DNA of 64,000 nucleotides from the human T2T-CHM13v2.0 reference genome, Homo sapiens. The position numbers and the translations under genes are program-made. Below the pieces are notes generated by a model. That model had not been told where the DNA came from. It ran no database searches and was given only the letters and a program-made list of their open reading frames with translations. Positions 60,210 through 64,000 of the stretch are shown piece after piece. Numbering within the stretch: position 1 is the stretch's first letter; every line of letters starts with the position of its first letter. The stretch lies in NCBI RefSeq assembly GCF_009914755.1, contig NC_060937.1. One strand, 5' to 3'.

Positions 60210-61128
60210 TTTTCATCTGCAAGCCATCCTTAAACCATGAAAACCATGGAATCCAATTAACAGTAGTAGGTTTAGAAAAGCAGTAGGTTTACATACCCTG
60301 GTCTAATGCAAGTCCCTTAACCCCCTTCCAAATTGATAAAAACCTTAGCTCAACCTACAGGAAATTCTAGAACCCCTACTGTCCATTACTATGGGCATTT
60401 AGTGAAATCAAGTTACCTAATCTAATCAAATCCTAATAGTTACCAAGAAGTTCTTTTACATGCTATTTCACATCATCCTTGTCTCAATATTAGGTAAGGA
60501 ACAGGGCACCATTCAGGAGAACCCTCCACTCCAGAGACTCTACACGTTTTGAAAACTTTACCAACCTATGAAACAAAGCACATTCTTTCCTCCAGCTGCA
60601 GCTCTCTGTTCTTACTAAATCCAGAAAGGGTGTGACACCTCTGGATGAGTTTCCTATTGCTGCTCTAACAACTTGCCAACCCAGGTGTATTCTCCTGCAG
60701 TTCTGGAGGTCAGAAGTCTAAAATGAAGGTGTTGGCCAGGCTGCATTCCTCCTGGAGGCTCTAAGGGAGAATCTATTCCCTGGTCTCCCCAACTAGACTA
60801 TGCACATAAACAAAATTACCAGGCACCTTTTGCAACTCCTAAAGAAAGCGCATGTCTAGGCAACAAGCATCAATAATGACTGTCAAAACCAGTGGATCAC
60901 AAGTTGACTGGGGATTCTGAAAGGTCTGGGTAAGTGGCCAGGATAACATCACCAGGACCCTGTGATTAATCTTAATGTCTCAAGGGGAGAGAAATTCCAC
61001 CACGTGAAGTGGTGCAATAGGAAGTACACATCACGGCCTGTGAAGAATTTTGCCCTAAAAAATATGATAACCTGAATGTGATCAAGCTTCTAGATCTATT
61101 TATCAGACTATAAGAAATACAGAGGATA

Positions 61129-61581
<453 letters not shown>

Positions 61582-61830
61582 TCATGAAAAGAAAATAGGA
61601 GAAAAAGGTAATTTAGACGAAAAGAGACGTATAGGCATATAATCCAAGGCTATGTGTGGACCTTCTTTGGATTCTGATTTAACTAAACCAACTATAAAAA
61701 GGCATTTTTGAGACAATTGGAGAAAGTTGAACACAGACTGTTTATGATAATATTAAGGGATTTTTGTTCATTTTAGTGCTATTTTTGTTATTTTAAAAGT
61801 CCTTGTCTGTTAGAAAATCATACTAAACTA

Positions 61831-64000
<2,170 letters not shown>

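Overview
Human (primate) non-coding DNA, intergenic or deep intronic; an essentially consensus-identical AluYa5 points to Homo sapiens. I recognise no host protein-coding exon, tRNA, rRNA or snRNA, and I cannot name the locus. The window is dominated by interspersed repeats: about 31 Alu or Alu-monomer copies, a near full-length Hsmar1 mariner transposon (35021-36298), a 5'-truncated L1PA running off the right edge, older L1M/HAL1-like and L2 pieces, several solo LTRs (MaLR, MER4A, MER31, MLT2, LTR16-like), hAT MITEs and MIRs. Subfamily names are from recalled consensus sequences and need RepeatMasker confirmation. Nearly all ORFs in the supplied track are Alu-derived or chance; the only real protein homologies are the broken Hsmar1 transposase and L1 ORF2. 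I found no convincing new multi-gene system. The most notable unexplained structures are: several locally templated insertions (58 bp copied into a MER4A LTR, 20 bp into an Alu, a scrambled MLT2A LTR); a 34-bp pre-miRNA-like hairpin at 20536-20627; a perfect 27-bp palindrome; a near-perfect RFX X-box; and an E-box/G-quadruplex/splice-donor cluster near 58 kb.
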